From the NCBI GenBank assembly GCA_963716175.1, contig OY970296.1, positions 2,048,001 through 2,112,000 of the forward strand: a DNA stretch of 64,000 nt, written 5' to 3'. Positions within the stretch are counted from its first letter, which is position 1. The number at the start of each line of letters is the position of its first letter. Under the pieces are notes generated by a model, which saw only the letters and a program-made list of their open reading frames with translations, made no database searches and had not been told where the DNA came from. This document shows positions 59,988 through 64,000 of the stretch, piece after piece. The stretch is from an uncultured Armatimonadetes bacterium (lineage in GTDB: Bacteria; Armatimonadota; Hebobacteria; Hebobacterales; Hebobacteraceae). The position numbers and the translations under genes are program-made.

Positions 59988-60217
59988 CTGCGCGCGGATC
60001 AAGAGGGCGGTGGATCGAGTTCTGCCGGCGCCCATGGGCACTCCTCCATGCAGATCCTCCGGTTTCGCCTGCCAGGCCCGTTTGCCCCTCGCCGACAAGG
60101 ACAGGTCCCGGGAAAACAGGTCCGGTGCCTGGGACTTCTGGCCTTGCAAGGCAAGCCTCGCCTGAGGCACAATTGGCCGTGAGAACAGATGGTGAGTCGG
60201 AAGGGAGGTGACATCCG

Positions 60218-61189
60218 ATGACAGACGCTAGGCAGGGACCGCAGGACCGGTTGCGCATCGTGAGCGTCAGCCTGGGCTCATCGAAGCGCAATCACTCGGT
60301 CGACGTGGAGATGCTGGGCCGGCGGCTGAAGATCGAACGCATTGGAGTTGACGGCGACTACGAGAAGGGGTGTGCGACGATCGCCGAACTCGACGGCAAG
60401 GTGGCGGCCATAGGTCTGGGTGGGACGGACCTCTACCTGGTGGCGGGGGGAAAGCGATATGTGATCGAGCAGTCGCGGCGGCTGGCCGAGTCGGCCACGA
60501 CGACGCCCGTGGTGGACGGCAGCGGCCTGAAAAACACTCTGGAGCGGGAGACGATCCGCTGGCTCGCAGAGACCGGGGCGCTGGAGTTGGCGGGAAGAAA
60601 GGTGCTGCTGGTCAGCGCGGTCGATCGGTTCGGCATGGCGGAGGCATTCGTGGAAGCCAGGTGCGATGTGATCTTCGGCGACCTGATCTTCGCCCTCGGG
60701 TTGCCGGCGCCGGTCCGTTCACTGCGCAGCATCAGCGTCCTCGCCGCCCTCTTCCTGCCCATCGTAAGGCGGCTGCCGATCAGCATGATCTATCCGACCG
60801 GAGAGAAGCAGGAAAGCGGGAAGCCGAAGCACACGAGGTTCTTCCATTGGGCGGAGATCGTGGCCGGGGATTTCCACTATATCCGCAGATGCATGCCGCC
60901 GCGGATGGATGGCAAGACGATCATCACGAACACGACGACCGCGGATGACATAGCGATGCTGCGCGATCGCGGCGTGAGCATGTTGATCACGACGACCCCG
61001 GAGTTCGCCGGCCGCTCGTTCGGGACGAATGTGATGGAGGCGGCGCTGATCGCTCTCTCCGGCAAGCGCCCGGAGGATATGCAGCCCGGTGATTACCTCA
61101 GCCTCCTGCACCAGCTCGGCTGGCAGCCGCGGGTAGTCTCTCTGGCGGAAGCGGCGCCTGTGGTCGAGCCAAGGGAGAGCCGGAGATGA
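60218..61189 (+). CDS. Conserved protein of the family often labelled quinate 5-dehydrogenase
   Basis: VSVSLGSSKR, AIGLGG, VDGSGLKNTLER, VDRFGMA and GRSFGTNV.EA motifs. Confidence 0.75.
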   Translation: MTDARQGPQDRLRIVSVSLGSSKRNHSVDVEMLGRRLKIERIGVDGDYEKGCATIAELDGKVAAIGLGGTDLYLVAGGKRYVIEQSRRLAESATTTPVVDGSGLKNTLERETIRWLAETGALELAGRKVLLVSAVDRFGMAEAFVEARCDVIFGDLIFALGLPAPVRSLRSISVLAALFLPIVRRLPISMIYPTGEKQESGKPKHTRFFHWAEIVAGDFHYIRRCMPPRMDGKTIITNTTTADDIAMLRDRGVSMLITTTPEFAGRSFGTNVMEAALIALSGKRPEDMQPGDYLSLLHQLGWQPRVVSLAEAAPVVEPRESRR

Positions 61190-61695
61190 TGGCCACGCCC
61201 CACATGGTGGTTGGTGCCGCCATTGGGCACGCCCTCGCCCGCCCGTGGCTGGCATATCCGGCGGCGTTCCCCAGTCACTTCCAGCCCGACCTGGTGCCTC
61301 ACCTCGACTCCCACGCCCTGTTCGGAGTCGAGCACGGCGGACCAACACACCTGGAGGCCGCCGCGGGCGGTACTGACTCCCTGATCGGGGCGGTCGCTGT
61401 GGGCCTCGTCGCCGCGAGACAGCCCCCGCGTCGTGTGATGGTGGGCGGCGCGCTCTTCGGCATCCTGATGGACCTCGGGGGATACATCCCGCCGTCTGGC
61501 ACATGGTTTCAGAACTGGGCCGGCACCGCATGGCTCACAGGATTCCATCACCGCATCCAGCATAACCTCACTCCGGCTCACTGGCCGGTGGGGGCCGGAA
61601 CGCAGGCGGCCACAGCGGCAGTGGCGCTCGCGATCTGCCCTCTCCAGAGACCGCGCACAGAGGTAGCTGCCGACAGGTGGACGGTGGCCCTCTGA
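61186..61695 (+). CDS. Small membrane protein, metal-dependent hydrolase-like
   Basis: TPH..VGA, SHF..D..PH.D and FHH.IQ motifs; start overlaps the upstream stop. Confidence 0.6.
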   Translation: MMATPHMVVGAAIGHALARPWLAYPAAFPSHFQPDLVPHLDSHALFGVEHGGPTHLEAAAGGTDSLIGAVAVGLVAARQPPRRVMVGGALFGILMDLGGYIPPSGTWFQNWAGTAWLTGFHHRIQHNLTPAHWPVGAGTQAATAAVALAICPLQRPRTEVAADRWTVAL

Positions 61696-61717
61696 ACTGA
61701 TCCGCAGGAGGTCGGTA

Positions 61718-62737
61718 ATGTCCGAGATCAGGCAGGACCAGGCGACGAAGCGATGGGTGATCATGGCGACGGAGAGGGCGAAGCGGCCCCACGAGCTGGT
61801 GGGCCAGCGACCGGCCGTCGAGAAGCAACCCGAGTACTCGCCCATGTGTCCCTTCTGCCCGGGCAATGAGAAAATGACACCTCCGGAGTTGCTCGCCTAC
61901 CGAAAGAGCGGCGCGGCAAACTCACCGGGCTGGGAGGTGCGCGTCGTTCCGAATCGTTTCGCGGCGCTCAGCCCAGAGGGCGAGTTGGCCATTCGGGACC
62001 CGTACTGGTTCACCAACGTCACCGGCGTCGGCGCGCACGAGGTCATCATCGAGAGCCCCATTCACAATGCCAGTCCCGCGACCATGGACCTGGAGCACGT
62101 GACCCGCGCTCTTGTGCTGGCGGGTCAGCGGTTTGAGCAGCTGCAGCAGGATCACCGCCTGAACTACATCGCTTTCTTCCGCAACAACGGATTCGCCGCG
62201 GGGTCGTCGCTGACCCACCCGCATACGCAGATCATCGCCACGCCGATCGCGCCCACCAACATCCGGCTCGAGATCGAGGAGGCGCGTCGGCACTACGACG
62301 ACCGCATGCACTGCGTCTACTGCGAGACTATCGAGAGGGAGCGTGAGGCGGGCGCGCGGGTGGTGCTGGAGACGGAGGCGTTTCTCGTCTTCGAGCCGTT
62401 CGCGTCCCGATGGCCGTTCGAGACGTGGATCATCCCCAAGCAGCATGCGTCAGTGCTGATTCCGGCCGGCCCAGACCAGGTTCGTCCCCTCGCCGACGCG
62501 CTTCAGACGACGCTGCGCGCGCTCTACCGGGCGCTGGGCGACCCTGCCTATAACCTCGTTCTTCACGAGGCGCCGCTGCGGGACAGCTGCGAAGACTACT
62601 GGCACTGGCACATCGAGATACTGCCGCGGCTTTCGACCGCAGCCGGGTTCGAGCTGGGCACAGGCATCTGGATCAACGCCATGTTGCCGGAGGACGCAGC
62701 CGCTCACCTGCGCGCCTTCGCGTCCGGCAGGCCATAG
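61718..62737 (+). CDS. galT: Galactose-1-phosphate uridylyltransferase
   Basis: ERAKRP, CPFCPGNE, HEVIIE, HPHTQI, HWHIE and AGFELG motifs. Confidence 0.92.
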   Translation: MSEIRQDQATKRWVIMATERAKRPHELVGQRPAVEKQPEYSPMCPFCPGNEKMTPPELLAYRKSGAANSPGWEVRVVPNRFAALSPEGELAIRDPYWFTNVTGVGAHEVIIESPIHNASPATMDLEHVTRALVLAGQRFEQLQQDHRLNYIAFFRNNGFAAGSSLTHPHTQIIATPIAPTNIRLEIEEARRHYDDRMHCVYCETIEREREAGARVVLETEAFLVFEPFASRWPFETWIIPKQHASVLIPAGPDQVRPLADALQTTLRALYRALGDPAYNLVLHEAPLRDSCEDYWHWHIEILPRLSTAAGFELGTGIWINAMLPEDAAAHLRAFASGRP

Positions 62738-62833
62738 AGCAGCATAGGGACATTGCCGGCGCAGGCGGCCGCCGCGGCCGAGCGGGTGTTGGCGCCTGAG
62801 ATCGAGATCACATTTCTGTAGCAGGCAGTAGCG

Positions 62834-63088
62834 ATGACGGCAACGCTTGAGCAAGCCAAGTGGAAGTGCCGCACCACAGTGCGGAAGTCTGAGGGTGACG
62901 TGGAAGAGTACATCGCCCGGTTCGGCGAGGAGGAGGGCCTGCGGCGCTTCTAGGCCGAGCACGCCCCGACTGAGGAGATCGTGCGCGAGGGCAACGTGCT
63001 GCTCCGCGTAGGGATCCGGGCCATCTGGAAGCTGGTGGCCGGTCTCTCGGCGACCGCCTACAGCAACGCTGCCCCCCAGGTGCTATAA
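62834..63088 (+). pseudogene. Possible remnant of a phage structural protein with in-frame TAG
   Basis: MTATLEQAKWKC..RRF*AEHAPTEEIVREGNVLLRVGIRAIWKLVAG..TAYSNA, truncated; resemblance from memory only. Confidence 0.35.
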
Positions 63089-63089
63089 T
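63081..63089 (+). promoter_or_regulatory. Extended -10 promoter element
   Basis: TGCTATAAT about 70 nt before ATG 63157. Confidence 0.55.
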
Positions 63090-63156
63090 GTGCGGGTCGG
63101 CCAGCCCATTCGGGCCGCAAGCCAGAACGTGAGCTGCGGCGCTGAGGGGGTGTGCG

Positions 63157-64000
63157 ATGACTGCTCGTGGTGTGTGGCGCATCGGTGGGCGAGACGTGCG
63201 CGCGATGCTCGTCGTATGCATCGTGGTTCCCTGCTGCATCTGTGCATCGGTAGCGATGGCCGGCACTCCCCCGGTGCCCATTGAGGGGACGATTCTTGTG
63301 ACGGCCGATGGTGACCCCCTCGGCGTCTACTTCATCGAGGGCTTGTCGGACAACCGCGTCCCGGCCCCGATCCTGTTCGGTCAGGGCGAGATCTCCCCAT
63401 ACACGGATCGGGTGGCCTACAGTCTCACCGATGCCTGGCCGGAGACGCAGTGCGACGTCTCGACCGCGCGGATTGATGGCTCGGACATCGTCAATCTCAC
63501 GGCGCTGGCCGATCTGGGAGGGGTGAACTGCAACCCGGCCTGGTCACCGGACGCGCGGCAGATCGCCTTCCAGCATGCGGATCCGACGCCCTCGCTCACC
63601 CCGTGTAAGGCCGGGTTCCATGTCTGGGTTATCAATGCAGACGGTACCGGCGCGCACCGTGTGACTGCTCCGGGGGCGTCGCCCACGAAGGACCCCTCGT
63701 GGGCACCCGACGGTCATCGTCTGACGTGCTGGTCAGAGGATGGCAACGCGATTGCGCTCAACGTCGATGGAACGGACCTCGTCGTTTTGCCCCATGTCGC
63801 TGACTACCCAGACTGGTCTCCGGATGGCGCCTCCATCATCTCCACCACGTACGACGAAGGGACGAACGGCGGCCAGACCGGCATGTGGCGCCGGATCGTG
63901 CTCACAGACAGAAATGGGGACAACCCCAGCGTGCTCTTTGAGCGGTTCATCAGCGATGCCGACGTCGCGACCCAGGTGGCCCTCTACGGTTCGACCTTCC
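63157..64000 (+). CDS. Secreted TolB-like/PD40 beta-propeller protein (partial, runs off the window)
   Basis: Own translation: signal-like N-terminus; NPAWSPD, PSWAPDG and PDWSPDG repeats; WVINADG. Confidence 0.8.
   Translation, partial: MTARGVWRIGGRDVRAMLVVCIVVPCCICASVAMAGTPPVPIEGTILVTADGDPLGVYFIEGLSDNRVPAPILFGQGEISPYTDRVAYSLTDAWPETQCDVSTARIDGSDIVNLTALADLGGVNCNPAWSPDARQIAFQHADPTPSLTPCKAGFHVWVINADGTGAHRVTAPGASPTKDPSWAPDGHRLTCWSEDGNAIALNVDGTDLVVLPHVADYPDWSPDGASIISTTYDEGTNGGQTGMWRRIVLTDRNGDNPSVLFERFISDADVATQVALYGSTF

Noticed and set aside
46224-62953. Genome-wide amber recoding suggested by two in-frame TAGs
   Set aside because: Many intact genes (panB, galT, cdsA, alkaline phosphatase, GH10) end at TAG at their expected C-termini.

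Overview
A GC-rich bacterial chromosome segment. The lineage is most likely Armatimonadota, inferred from two prepilin-type/DUF1559 H-X9-DG genes, a DUF6785-type membrane protein and the cdsA/NTP-transferase/quinate-dehydrogenase-like/galT neighbourhood. Most of the window is a mosaic of unrelated single genes or short operons: glycoside hydrolases, GNAT/APH modifiers, a MarR-EmrAB-Usp efflux unit, oxidoreductases, panB and tRNA-Phe. About ten truncated gene fragments are interleaved (tyrosine and serine recombinase pieces, an IS piece, S41 peptidase, GxxExxY, nitroreductase, enolase-superfamily, a phage-like protein). The main unexplained signal is a modular, hairpin-forming intergenic repeat (family A, about 26 full or partial copies). 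It has one shared core, two alternative left arms and three alternative right arms. About 23 copies from 11 kb to 60 kb are all on the + strand, while the 3 copies left of 11 kb are on the - strand. Copies border gene units and coincide with several truncation points. Other signals are a second 113-bp repeat family, a solitary type I-E-like CRISPR repeat, a 17-bp hairpin inserted in a recombinase catalytic box, attenuator-like leaders on the DUF1559 genes and a duplicated tRNA D-arm. Several single-base frameshifts at homopolymers may be sequencing errors. All calls come from reading the sequence; no database searches were run.
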